Below are positions 9,794 to 20,141 of a stretch of 64,000 nucleotides of DNA, piece by piece. Each line of letters begins with the position of its first letter. The stretch's first letter is position 1. This DNA comes from a virus. The DNA is taken from positions 29,164 through 93,163 of IMG/VR virus record IMGVR_UViG_3300026518_000008; one strand, 5' to 3'. Position numbers and translations under genes: made by a program. The notes under the pieces were generated by a model, which saw only the letters and a program-made list of their open reading frames with translations, was not told where the DNA came from and made no database searches.

Positions 9794-10048
9794 ATATCAT
9801 TTGTAGTACATTTAACGTACACATAGGATATAGTTTTTAACATACAATACCTTACATGATTAGGAGTTTTTTATGGCTATTTTATCAGTTCAAAGAAAGA
9901 TTATAAAATTGTACTTTAAGGGTACCAGATTAATCAATATTGCAAGCATAGTTGGGCTTAGATTTGATGAGGTAGTAGATTGTATTGATGCATATCTTTT
10001 ACAGTCAGCTAAATATAATCAACATTATATTCCAAAGGAAAATAGACA

Positions 10049-10231
10049 ATGAGCTATATATCTAGAGAGTATGTGCCATCAGCTAGGCAGATGTTTGTTT
10101 TGAACCGTGGTTCTTATATATCTTCTTTAGGAACTACACGGCAACCACTTACTATTAGTAGGGCTATCACATTGCTACGTAAACTTGAGATTGCATACAT
10201 AGAGAACACACTTGGATTGAGGACAGATTAG
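10049..10231 (+). CDS. hypothetical protein
   Basis: AAGGA RBS; abuts the next gene. Confidence 0.55.
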   Translation: MSYISREYVPSARQMFVLNRGSYISSLGTTRQPLTISRAITLLRKLEIAYIENTLGLRTD

Positions 10232-10774
10232 ATGAAATTAACATATAGAGATATGAATCAACTTAGAATAGGAGATATAGTTCAATATATAAATCCTACT
10301 CCAGATGGACCGAATACAGCAGGATTTAAACAAGGAGAGATATATATAGCAGACATTACTCTAAATTATTTCAATGATATAAAGCATATACATATATATG
10401 TTGATCGAGAGAGTAGCATCAATGCTCCAGCGACTAACTTTAGACTTCTCCAGACATATCCTGGTAGCTCAGCAGAGGTGGGAGATCTGTGCATATATAT
10501 GCGACGAGGAAATGGCCGTATTAAATATGGAGAACTATTTATAGTAACACATTTATTCCCAAGAAGTACTGGACATGACGTTGGATATGAACAGGGATTT
10601 TCTTGTGATATATCGTCATGTAGAGTTGTTTGCAGAGCAGCAGATATTGGTGCTACAAGATTAGATAACAACACCACAGAACCAGAGGGAGACGATACTA
10701 TATCTGATGCAGAGACTACACGAGTTACACATCTAACTCATAGAAACATAGGTACTATGTTTTACAAATCTTAG
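10232..10774 (+). CDS. hypothetical protein, repeated beta-domain family
   Basis: Shares F.L..T.P...GD and C-terminal FYK motifs with 11018-11815. Confidence 0.7.
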   Translation: MKLTYRDMNQLRIGDIVQYINPTPDGPNTAGFKQGEIYIADITLNYFNDIKHIHIYVDRESSINAPATNFRLLQTYPGSSAEVGDLCIYMRRGNGRIKYGELFIVTHLFPRSTGHDVGYEQGFSCDISSCRVVCRAADIGATRLDNNTTEPEGDDTISDAETTRVTHLTHRNIGTMFYKS

Positions 10775-10786
10775 AGGAGATTATTT

Positions 10787-11005
10787 ATGTTAGATTATTC
10801 ACAGAGACTTGATCTCATACAACATATGACACATGAGGAGTTACAGGCGTTTGCAGTTACATTATCTTTATCAGATATTAATGGTGACTGGAAGCAGAAA
10901 TTTGAGTCAGCTATTGATAGCAGATTTACTAAGTTGTCACGCATTCATCCATTTAACGCAGAGCATGCAGAGATATCAGCTGGTGAATTTGAATCATCAT
11001 TTTAA
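10787..11005 (+). CDS. hypothetical protein
   Basis: AGGAG RBS; operon packing. Confidence 0.65.
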   Translation: MLDYSQRLDLIQHMTHEELQAFAVTLSLSDINGDWKQKFESAIDSRFTKLSRIHPFNAEHAEISAGEFESSF

Positions 11006-11017
11006 AGGATAATTACT

Positions 11018-11815
11018 ATGAATAAACCAGTTGCAATATATAAACGCAGTGGAGAACCATGGACAGAGATAGAGGCAGAGATTGTTACCAGAAAATATGG
11101 CAGTAATGGTCAGATAGAAATCAGAGATTGGGGGCATATAGATCCAGAAGAAAAATACATGTATGTAGATGAAGATGGATTAATTGCATCATGGGATTAT
11201 ACTAACAATATAACTACAGAGGAATATGATATTAAATCTTTTGAGGATGAGTTGCATCTCCCTGGTTCTGAGACAGCTAGCAATTATGTTACATCAGAAA
11301 TTATTGACGCAAGGGATATCCCAGAGCATTCAGTGGTTTTATGCAATGAAAACAATTCTAATCAATTCATCTCAGGTAGACTTTATGTTACTAGAAATTC
11401 TACATCAAAAGATATAGTGAGGATTGAACTTGATAGTATTGGAGCTTATCTAAATGGATGGGGTCTCAACAAATTTAGACTTGTTAAGACTAGACCAAGT
11501 GATACTATATCGTCTGGAGATAGAGTTATATGCAAGAGAAATATTGGTTCGTTACGATATGGAGATATATTTACAGTAATGTCTGTTTCTGATACAGATT
11601 GCATACATCCTTTCGCAGCAGAGTGCAATTTCAGCAATTATTCACCAAACAGTAGCGAAAGTTGGCATGTAAATAATTTTAGAGCTTTAGTGTATACTGA
11701 CGATACAGTAGAGCATATAGGACAAAATTCAGATATAGACACAGAATATATTCCACCTGTGAAACCACTATATAAATTACAGAAAAGACGAGAGTCTATA
11801 TTCTATAAAGGATAA
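11018..11815 (+). CDS. hypothetical protein, repeated beta-domain family
   Basis: 265-aa ORF with AAGGA RBS; motifs shared with 10232 and 14732. Confidence 0.75.
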   Translation: MNKPVAIYKRSGEPWTEIEAEIVTRKYGSNGQIEIRDWGHIDPEEKYMYVDEDGLIASWDYTNNITTEEYDIKSFEDELHLPGSETASNYVTSEIIDARDIPEHSVVLCNENNSNQFISGRLYVTRNSTSKDIVRIELDSIGAYLNGWGLNKFRLVKTRPSDTISSGDRVICKRNIGSLRYGDIFTVMSVSDTDCIHPFAAECNFSNYSPNSSESWHVNNFRALVYTDDTVEHIGQNSDIDTEYIPPVKPLYKLQKRRESIFYKG

Positions 11816-12814
11816 AATATGCAACACTTAGCTACAATTACATCCATTTCAGACAAAACAGTAACACTTATATATCATTACGGAGGACTTGACTATACAG
11901 TTATGACTCCCAGATTTTTCTGGAAGAAGTCTTCATTAAGTGTTGGCGAGGAACTTGAACTTTTCATTGGAATGCCAAATCAATTTACGAAAGGATAGCA
12001 TTATGAATTCACAAATTTCAAACCTCAGATCAGCTTTACTATGTATTGGATATACTTCCAGACAGGTAGATTTAATTGCTAGAGGAGTGAGGGTTTCTAC
12101 TCTCAGTACAGGAATTGACAAGCCAGAGGATGGACAGTATTTATCTATCTCAGAACCAGAGTCGTAGGACTACCTACTCACATATAACATTATTATACAG
12201 GACATTATTATGACACGCAATTCATTATTTACATTAGCAGGACTATCTACAGTTATGGGATCAGTTGGAGACATACTTATGCCTTCGAATTCTCCACTCA
12301 CACAGGATTCAGCTTCAGCTCTATCAGAGTCACAGCAGAGACATCTTGACTAGGTCAATGCTTCTCGTTCACAGAGACAGATGAGACTCGATAGAGGACA
12401 TCATACAATTGCTATTGGAGAACGACGCTTGTTTCGCAACAAACAAAGAGCATTCAAAGCTTCGAATCGTTATTGTAATAACATTGGATCAGATGGCAGT
12501 ATCGTTTATACTTAGATATTATTGCAGTGCAAAACATCACCGGACTAGAGTGATGGTGTCTTTTTATGACGTCCTTTTAACTCATCACAGGAGCTATGTT
12601 CCTACATAGTACACACATAGTTCACTACTCCAGAGTTGTTAGATGTTTAGTTGAATGGATGGCCTGAATCACCCAGCTGCAGCCAAACTCGTTTAATTCC
12701 CAGATTAATTATGATCTGGGGACTTTATACATAAATTCGGTTATTTATGTATCTGATCATATATTGGAGCTATCTTTGCAGATGGTTCTCATATATTATT
12801 ACAGGAGATTTATT

Positions 12815-13069
12815 ATGAATATTTATTTATGCTCACAGGATGAGAATTGTGATTATGATACTTACGACAGCTTTGTTTGTTATGCAGAAACAGAGGAGGA
12901 AGCCCGGAACCTATATCCTACTAGTCCTGATTACAATACAGAGCCAGAGTGGGATAAAATACCTTATCACTGGGCATCGACACCAGATAATGTTACAGTG
13001 AAATTATTTGGCACAGCACTCCCTGGTTCTGAAGCAGGAGTTATATGTTCATCATTTAACGCAGGGTAG
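12815..13069 (+). CDS. phage hypothetical protein
   Basis: AGGAG RBS; YDTYDSFV..AETEEEAR...SFNAG. Confidence 0.75.
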   Translation: MNIYLCSQDENCDYDTYDSFVCYAETEEEARNLYPTSPDYNTEPEWDKIPYHWASTPDNVTVKLFGTALPGSEAGVICSSFNAG

Positions 13070-13314
13070 CTACCATGCCTTTGATTTTGAACGAGAATAT
13101 TATACTTATATAAAGGAGAAACATATGACAGATACAATTGAAATCGTAGTTATGATAGGAGTTCTTGGTAACTTCATAGTTCAAATATATGACATAATTT
13201 GGTGCAGACATCACGATTGCGGAAGCAAAAACGATTAATTATGATATAGTACAAATTAGATTTATTTAAGGAATTATTATAGAGAACATAATAACTGAAA
13301 ATGAAAATACATTT

Positions 13315-13635
13315 GTGTTAGTAGAAGAATTTGCAAAACGAGAGAAACAAGTATATCCTTCATCAGTAACATATAGAACATACGATAAATACCAGTGCAC
13401 AAATTTCGGAAACGAAACTTTTATACGAAGAGATATAAAAGGAAAAAGAAAACACTGTAGGTGTCAAAATACATTTACAGGAAACGAAAGATTATATTTC
13501 ATATGGAGAAGTATGATGCAGAGATGCGAAAATGAAAAACATCAATCATATGAAAACTATGGAGGAAGAGGTATTTCAGTAGATGAAGATAGCTGGAAAA
13601 ACTTTAAAATCTTTAAAAAATGGTCACTAAAATAG
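13315..13635 (+). pseudogene. truncated HNH homing-endonuclease-like gene
   Basis: RLYFIWRSMMQRC...YENYGGRGISV...W..F..F.KW is the N-terminal part of a common phage HNH family; the ORF stops before the expected catalytic segment. Confidence 0.6.
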
Positions 13636-13806
13636 AAACAACAAACAATAGGTAATATGACATGGCAAATCTATATATTATCAATCAGTTTACTGTTTTA
13701 TTTATATTCATTGTAGCTGTTACAAGTATTTGAATATATATTAATCATTATATAGATGTTCTAATATATAAAATCGTTAGAAAGACAATTAAAAAGGACA
13801 ATAACT

Positions 13807-14646
13807 ATGAAGCAAATAGTAATAGATGAAAATTACGAAGGTGTAATATATAAGGGACATTGGTTTGAATTTGATGGAGATTTAATAATTGATGGTAATG
13901 TGATAATAAAAATAAATCTTCAAATAAATGGTAATCAAACAATAAATGGTAATCAGACAGTACATGGTAATCAAACGATTAAAGGCAACCAAACTATTAA
14001 GGGAAACCAAATAGTAAATGGTGATCAAACGGTTGAAAAAACTCAAGCAGTTAGAGGTAATCAAACGGTAAACGGAAATCAAATAGTTTATGGCTATCAA
14101 ACAGTTGATGGCTATCAAATAATTCGAGGTTATCAAACAGTTAAAAGTAACCAAATAATTAAAGGGTACCAAACAGTTAGTAATGATCAAATAGTAAACG
14201 ATAGTCAAAGGGTTGAAAGAATCCAAATAGTAAATGGTAACCAAATAGTAAATGGTTATCAGACAGTTGGATTAAATCAAACAGTTCGAGGCAACCAAAC
14301 AGTTGAGAGAGATCAAATAGTTAGAGGTCATCAATTCGTAACTGGTTACCAAATAGTAGACGGTAGTCAAATAGTTATAGGTGATCAAGTAGTAAATGGT
14401 GAAATGAAAATTTTAGGTATTAAAACTGCATTCTCTTTATCGTTAATGCAAGACAAATATCAACTACACTTTATGAGTAATTTAATAAAAATTGGTTGTA
14501 AAGAACAATCACCAAAAGAATGGGAAAATTTTACAGATGAAGATATAGCAATAATGGATGAGGGTGCTTTAGATTGGTGGAAAAAATGGAAAACATTTGT
14601 ATTAGTTACTCATAAAGAGTTAGTTAATGTATATAAGACTAAGTAG
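13807..14646 (+). CDS. hexapeptide-repeat (G-N/Y/D-Q-T/I-V-x) beta-helix protein
   Basis: About 26 tandem 6-aa repeats; C-terminal IKIGC...EW..F.D..I..MD..AL.WW..WK domain. Confidence 0.85.
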   Translation: MKQIVIDENYEGVIYKGHWFEFDGDLIIDGNVIIKINLQINGNQTINGNQTVHGNQTIKGNQTIKGNQIVNGDQTVEKTQAVRGNQTVNGNQIVYGYQTVDGYQIIRGYQTVKSNQIIKGYQTVSNDQIVNDSQRVERIQIVNGNQIVNGYQTVGLNQTVRGNQTVERDQIVRGHQFVTGYQIVDGSQIVIGDQVVNGEMKILGIKTAFSLSLMQDKYQLHFMSNLIKIGCKEQSPKEWENFTDEDIAIMDEGALDWWKKWKTFVLVTHKELVNVYKTK

Positions 14647-14731
14647 ACTAGATGATTAGAAATACTATATGTATTTTATATGCATATAATAACGACAATG
14701 AACAATGGTTATATTGAAAAGGAGATACAAA

Positions 14732-16093
14732 ATGAGTAAATACTTATACGGAGACAATAGCAACATAATAGAGGGTAGTGTAGTAGAGTGCTTAATAGAC
14801 TATGATGACAAATTTACTAAAGGTAAACTATATATAGTAAAAAGTATTGTGCCTAAACAAGTAACTGATGACAAAGGATGCATAGACGAATTTTGTTCAT
14901 GGGATCATTTTAAACTAGTGCAAACAGCACCTGGTTCTGAAGTAAAACCAGATGATGATTATATAGAAATAAATAGTCTAAAGATTTTACAGGTATACAA
15001 AATGTATGATGAGTGGGTCACAGGAAATAGTGTACATGGAAAAGGGCCAGCAGAATATCATGAACGTAAAAACATTATCAAGCTATTAAAACAACAATCA
15101 CAAACTAAACGCACTGAATTCATAGAATGTAAGATTAGAGTAACACCTGGTACAGTAGAGGCTATTGCTGCAAAGTTAGATGAATATGGATTATGTAATA
15201 AACCTAAATGCAAAATAACTATATCTGACGATGTAGGAAGTTATTTTATTAATAACACCTACATAGGCTTTAACAGGAACGATAAAGTTGGTGAAAAGTT
15301 CTTCGAAGAACATAGATACAAAGAAGTCTATTGGGTAGATGGTGACTTATCATTTGAAAAACCTTCTATACAATTCACATACCCTATGTGGTTTAAATGG
15401 CACAATTCTCCAAAAGTAGTAAAGTTTACATCTATAGACTGTTATGAAGTAGTAATACCAGCAGAAGATACATATGCTATGGGAGTTGGAGAGATTGATT
15501 CTAACGCGTTGCCTCACACTGAGGACCAATGGGTACAGGTACCTGAACCGATAGCAGACTATGAGTACCCGTTATGGGTTCGCCATAACACAACTGGTAA
15601 TATTTATAAGTATGTGCGTTTGCAAACTTGTATATGGGAATGTTACAACAGTAGATATGAAGGCACAACACCTCATACCAATAACTGCTTTACACAAATA
15701 CCTGAACCAACTCCTAGCCATATACCGTATGAAGCACTACAAGATATTCCAAAGCAAACACCAATAGACTGCGTCTCAGACGCCAACACACCAAACATAA
15801 AGGATAACACAATGGAAACACAAATCACAGTAGCTATGACAGCTAAAGAGTATGCTAAATATAATAAATCTAACAGTACACCAATTAGAGTCAAAACTGA
15901 TTTAGAATTAGCTAAGAAACATTTAACGCAATGGTTCAACGCAAATGGAGCTGCATACCAATCGGCTAGATATCAATCATCTAAATCTGCCGAAAAAGAA
16001 CTACAGAGACCAGACCGCATAGGATGGACTTATCGCACATACACATTATCGGCATCTGAAACTACAGATATACCTACTAAATCATTGATTTAA
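14732..16093 (+). CDS. multi-module hypothetical protein, repeated beta-domain family
   Basis: AAGGAG RBS; internal repeats (YPMWF...PHT...QVPEP and YPLWV...PHT...QIPEP). Confidence 0.75.
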   Translation: MSKYLYGDNSNIIEGSVVECLIDYDDKFTKGKLYIVKSIVPKQVTDDKGCIDEFCSWDHFKLVQTAPGSEVKPDDDYIEINSLKILQVYKMYDEWVTGNSVHGKGPAEYHERKNIIKLLKQQSQTKRTEFIECKIRVTPGTVEAIAAKLDEYGLCNKPKCKITISDDVGSYFINNTYIGFNRNDKVGEKFFEEHRYKEVYWVDGDLSFEKPSIQFTYPMWFKWHNSPKVVKFTSIDCYEVVIPAEDTYAMGVGEIDSNALPHTEDQWVQVPEPIADYEYPLWVRHNTTGNIYKYVRLQTCIWECYNSRYEGTTPHTNNCFTQIPEPTPSHIPYEALQDIPKQTPIDCVSDANTPNIKDNTMETQITVAMTAKEYAKYNKSNSTPIRVKTDLELAKKHLTQWFNANGAAYQSARYQSSKSAEKELQRPDRIGWTYRTYTLSASETTDIPTKSLI

Positions 16094-16103
16094 TGGATAT
16101 GTC

Positions 16104-16349
16104 ATGTCAGTTGTATCAGAAGAATATTCAGACCTAATGCTTGATAGAGCATTTGAGCATAAACTTGAACAACAGGAAGAGAAGTTGCATAATCTTAATA
16201 TGTCATCTGATAGAGAATATGCTATTGAATATGTAATTGATAGATATCAACTTGCAGATTGCAGAGAATCTCTACGGTCAGCTATTGATTATCTTAATTC
16301 TTATGGATATGAATTATCGTTGAATGAACTTTTTGAAGATATATCATGA
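16104..16349 (+). CDS. hypothetical protein
   Basis: 81-aa ORF in operon packing. Confidence 0.6.
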   Translation: MSVVSEEYSDLMLDRAFEHKLEQQEEKLHNLNMSSDREYAIEYVIDRYQLADCRESLRSAIDYLNSYGYELSLNELFEDIS

Positions 16350-16863
16350 AAAGAAAATCATATATCACAAAAGGTAAAATAATTACTTCCTATATAGACA
16401 GAGAGGAGACTTTTGTAGTGATTCGTATACCATCTGGGAAAATCAATACATATTCTACTCGAACAAATGAAAAAGTTAGAGGTAAACATTATGCTTAGAG
16501 ATTGGATTATGCTTACTAGCATATGGTTGTTTGGAGTTGCTGTTGGAACAGCTATGTGGGCTATCATTAATATTGAATATCTCACAAGAATTGCAGTAGA
16601 TATCTATAAAGGATATTTATAGCAATAATTATATAGAGGAATATATATGAAAATAGAGATTACTAGAGACTCAGAGACAGCAAAATGGAAATTCATCTAC
16701 AATGGTGAAACTATAACAGAGCAGAAAACATTATCGAAGTTGCTTCACAAGGCTCACAAATATATGAAGTCACAAGGATTATAGTATGAACATTTTGTTT
16801 TTATTATTACCTATTGTAACAATACTTTTTATAGTATTTATTATCGACGATTAGGATGCTATT

Positions 16864-17706
16864 ATGAACACAACACACACACAGACAATAGCAGGAATTG
16901 CTTATTCAGAACCAGAGGTATGCTTACTTCATTCAACACCACTTGTGAATGCAGAGATTGCAGCTCGTACTGCTTATGATAGTTTTGACTTATCAGAACA
17001 TGAACAGGTTAGAGACTTTAATCATTACGCAGTACCGGATATCCCTGGTTCTAAGTTGTTACATCAGTTATCTCATGTATATTTCCATCATTCTGTATTA
17101 GAGCATATATCATTTACATTTGATATTTCCAATACATCTCGTGGAGTATTGCAAGAGTTATCTAGACACAGAATTGCTTCTTATACTGTGAGGTCTACTA
17201 GATATACGATGAGTAGAATCATTAATCTGTTTCTGGCTGATATGTTACACAACTATTCAAATACACATCCATCAGATTGGTTCCTCTCCGAGGGACTTAA
17301 TCTGAAGTTATTTGTTACCTCAGAACCAGAGTACAATTTTATTCAACTTACAGATATCTGGCAGAAATTAAAATATCAGTGGACACGAATAGGAGAGGAT
17401 GCATTCCTTGATCTATCTACTACAAAATCTATTCGTATTTCTTACGATGAGTATTCGCACAATCATGATCAATTTTATTCAGCAGCTATTCAGGCAAAAC
17501 AGAAGAGAAATGTTGGTGACAATTTCAAACACATAGTAAATGACAATTGGTCTACTGATTTAGTTATGACTATCAACCTCAGATCTCTGAAGAACTTTTT
17601 GGAACTTAGAGATTCTGGTGCTGCTTATTTTCAGATGCAATGGCTAGCAAAAACTATGAAGTCATATATTGATGATAGATATCTATCATTAATTGAGAGG
17701 AAATAG
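16864..17706 (+). CDS. thyX: flavin-dependent thymidylate synthase
   Basis: HHSVLEH; SRGVLQELSRHRIASYTVRSTRY (RHR-x7-S motif); NLRSLKNFLELR. Confidence 0.95.
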   Translation: MNTTHTQTIAGIAYSEPEVCLLHSTPLVNAEIAARTAYDSFDLSEHEQVRDFNHYAVPDIPGSKLLHQLSHVYFHHSVLEHISFTFDISNTSRGVLQELSRHRIASYTVRSTRYTMSRIINLFLADMLHNYSNTHPSDWFLSEGLNLKLFVTSEPEYNFIQLTDIWQKLKYQWTRIGEDAFLDLSTTKSIRISYDEYSHNHDQFYSAAIQAKQKRNVGDNFKHIVNDNWSTDLVMTINLRSLKNFLELRDSGAAYFQMQWLAKTMKSYIDDRYLSLIERK

Positions 17707-17708
17707 AT

Positions 17709-17894
17709 ATGGAATTTTTAGATCTTGCTATCGCTATGTCACTATTTATATCTGGATTCAACTCATCAAGAGTTAATGTGTCTAGTTTTGCCATGGCTAT
17801 ACTTACAGTTGCTTTTGCATTTTCTATGTTTGTTATGTCTGCATTTTTTGCAGATAAATACATTCACTATATTATTACATTATTAGGAGATTAA
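17709..17894 (+). CDS. small membrane protein
   Basis: Hydrophobic 61-aa ORF tightly packed after thyX. Confidence 0.55.
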   Translation: MEFLDLAIAMSLFISGFNSSRVNVSSFAMAILTVAFAFSMFVMSAFFADKYIHYIITLLGD

Positions 17895-17896
17895 TT

Positions 17897-18397
17897 ATGA
17901 TTACACTTACATCAGAGAACATCGAACTGTTAGAACATATATTGAACGAAGGACAAGTCACAGATAATGTCGGAGAGTATCAGAATATAGTATTTGGTAC
18001 AAGAGTAGACGATACTGGTGATTTTTATCGCATAGATACAGATGAGCTTCTTTCTTTTGATATTTATATGACAGATGACAAGAGACGTATTCTAGAGCTT
18101 GAGGCAGAAATTGCACAACTTAAAAGCATACAGGCATCAGTATGCTCTTCAGAGAACAGAAAAACACATATTCGACCTCAAGGTACACATCTGAAATCAG
18201 ACGAGGTATTGCAAATTGAGATGGATATGACGTCTGGAGTAAATAACAGATATATTGCTATTTCATATGGAATATCCGAGGCTACTGCATCTATTATTCG
18301 TAACGGGAAACACAAATTTTCTACATTTGGATTCAATATGGCTCAGAAAATTATGACACCCAGAAAATCTTCAGAGAAGAGTTCAGATGAGCAGTAA
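17897..18397 (+). CDS. protein with C-terminal helix-turn-helix
   Basis: NNRYIAISYGISEATASIIRNGK. Confidence 0.65.
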   Translation: MITLTSENIELLEHILNEGQVTDNVGEYQNIVFGTRVDDTGDFYRIDTDELLSFDIYMTDDKRRILELEAEIAQLKSIQASVCSSENRKTHIRPQGTHLKSDEVLQIEMDMTSGVNNRYIAISYGISEATASIIRNGKHKFSTFGFNMAQKIMTPRKSSEKSSDEQ

Positions 18398-18701
18398 AAT
18401 ACCATTACATCCACTTATCACACCAGGTGACAATCAACACTATAATACTAGGCTTGATGGACAAAATTCTATTCTAGACTTAGAGTTAGAACTTACAGTT
18501 TGCCAGGCTATTGGAGCTTGCCTATGGAACATTCACAAATACTCCACTAGAACAAAAGGTCAGGATGATGCAGATTCTCGTAAGGCTGACAAATACAAAG
18601 AATATCTAGTAGAACTTGATCTGCTTAGTATTGACGGACTTGGATCTTGTAGAGTTATAAAAGCTTGGACTTATGCAGGAAAACAATGGAAATATATTTA
18701 A
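18387..18701 (+). CDS. DUF3310/SaV-like phage protein
   Basis: HY...C..NIHKY..R.KG..D..KA..Y pattern. Confidence 0.6.
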   Translation: MSSKIPLHPLITPGDNQHYNTRLDGQNSILDLELELTVCQAIGACLWNIHKYSTRTKGQDDADSRKADKYKEYLVELDLLSIDGLGSCRVIKAWTYAGKQWKYI

Positions 18702-18712
18702 AGGAACATTAC

Positions 18713-19141
18713 ATGAGAGTTATTATTAACAACGAACATTCAGATAGCGAGATACTACCACCAGAACTGGAGAGTATCATAGGATTTCAATTCGGTGAGG
18801 AAGTAAATATCCCAGTTGCTACATATAACGCTATTTTCAATCTTACATTTACGAATTCAGCTGGAATGCAACAGAACAGATTTAAAATCATAGTTATATC
18901 TATGGATGAATCACCAGAGGAAGTTGAGCAGAAGGCAGAGATAGATGCTGTAACTGCAGCTCAAGAGGAAGAGTTTGAACAGATTGTATTAACTCTTGAC
19001 AAATATGAGGCACTTCTATCAGGAGTTGCTACAGCTCATGCAAAACATGGTATCAGTACAGATTCTGCACCAAATTCTGCTATTGCATTATTTCTTCATC
19101 TAAATTCACCAGAGTTTACTACCTCAGAACCAGAGGAATAG
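18713..19141 (+). CDS. hypothetical protein
   Basis: AAGGA RBS before ATG 18713. Confidence 0.7.
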   Translation: MRVIINNEHSDSEILPPELESIIGFQFGEEVNIPVATYNAIFNLTFTNSAGMQQNRFKIIVISMDESPEEVEQKAEIDAVTAAQEEEFEQIVLTLDKYEALLSGVATAHAKHGISTDSAPNSAIALFLHLNSPEFTTSEPEE

Positions 19142-19144
19142 GAC

Positions 19145-19363
19145 ATGGACTTAATTGATAAAATTCAGGCTAGACGAGATGCGAATGAGATGGACTTTGG
19201 ATCTAAACCAAAGGCTAAACGTAAATCTCCTATTAAAATGGGAGCACAGCATGCTGCTAAGGTAACAGCTGTTAGAGCCGTCAGAGATGCGTTCGGACCT
19301 GGAATTGTTTCTGGTATACTTTCACTTCTTGTTAGAGATCAGATTACTAAGATAGGAAAATAG
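19145..19363 (+). CDS. small basic protein ending in Gly-Lys
   Basis: 72-aa ORF in operon packing. Confidence 0.6.
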   Translation: MDLIDKIQARRDANEMDFGSKPKAKRKSPIKMGAQHAAKVTAVRAVRDAFGPGIVSGILSLLVRDQITKIGK

Positions 19364-19377
19364 CACACTCCTGGTTC

Positions 19378-19577
19378 TGATGGGTTGCAGTAGAAGGCTG
19401 TAATTAAATAGCGTCGCCGACTTAATCGGCGGAGCACCTTGCCCACACTATGTGAGAGATGAGTTATAAGACAGGAATAAAACCGCCTGCAGCTATAAGG
19501 TTCTTAGAAGTTAGCTTATTAAAGTGTAACCGGTCCACTTGTCTCTCATCGCCTGATTCATTTTGCAAAACGCATCA
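19378..19577 (+). ncRNA. putative structured RNA or leader
   Basis: Nested helices, including CGCCGA/TCGGCG (19415-19431) and a 12-bp GTGAGAGATGAG/CTTGTCTCTCAT helix (19452-19463 with 19538-19549). Confidence 0.4.
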
Positions 19578-19632
19578 CAGTCCCGTCCTATATGGACTCA
19601 CATTATATACATACATCTTGAAAGGATATAAT

Positions 19633-20004
19633 ATGTTAAAAGTGAACGAAACACTTAGCATCATGGTTGATGCAAACAAAGACGCTGGAGTTGATTCAGC
19701 AAAAATTATCGCAGGGAATATCCTTAACGATAGAGTGAATACGATTCTTATGAAAAACCTTCCTACTGGCATTAAACTTGTAGCAGGCTCATATCTTGAA
19801 TCTAATGTAGGTAAAGCGATTGTTGCTAACACCGTTGCTGGATTACTTATCCACACTATGCCAGAGAATGAGAAAGTTGCTATTGCCGCTGAGGCGATGA
19901 TTAAATCTGCATCATTAGCACTTGCTAGTTCTTTCAACATCGAAGAAATGATCAACGAGCTTCTTGACGGAGTTCCAGGTCTTACACCAGCTGCAGAGTT
20001 ATAG
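19633..20004 (+). CDS. hypothetical helical protein
   Basis: AAAGGA RBS before ATG 19633 (start moved from 19459). Confidence 0.75.
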   Translation: MLKVNETLSIMVDANKDAGVDSAKIIAGNILNDRVNTILMKNLPTGIKLVAGSYLESNVGKAIVANTVAGLLIHTMPENEKVAIAAEAMIKSASLALASSFNIEEMINELLDGVPGLTPAAEL

Positions 20005-20006
20005 TC

Positions 20007-20123
20007 ATGACTCTCGCAGAACGTCTAGCCGCGAAACAGGCTGAAGCAAAAGCATCAGGTTCAACAGAGATCAAAGTCGTTAAGACTACTTCACTGAAGA
20101 ATAATTCAGAATCAGGTAAATAG
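20007..20123 (+). CDS. 38-aa peptide ending SGK, candidate protein modifier
   Basis: MTLAERLAAKQAEAKASGSTEIKVVKTTSLKNNSESGK; starts 2 nt after the upstream stop and is followed by a terminator; too short for the ORF track. Confidence 0.6.
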   Translation: MTLAERLAAKQAEAKASGSTEIKVVKTTSLKNNSESGK

Positions 20124-20141
20124 CTTTATCTATTTATATAG

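Noticed and set aside
13900-14400. Periodic repeats that could suggest a CRISPR array
   Set aside because: They are degenerate in-frame 18-bp coding repeats with no spacers; no cas1/cas2 is present and the Cas4-like genes are stand-alone
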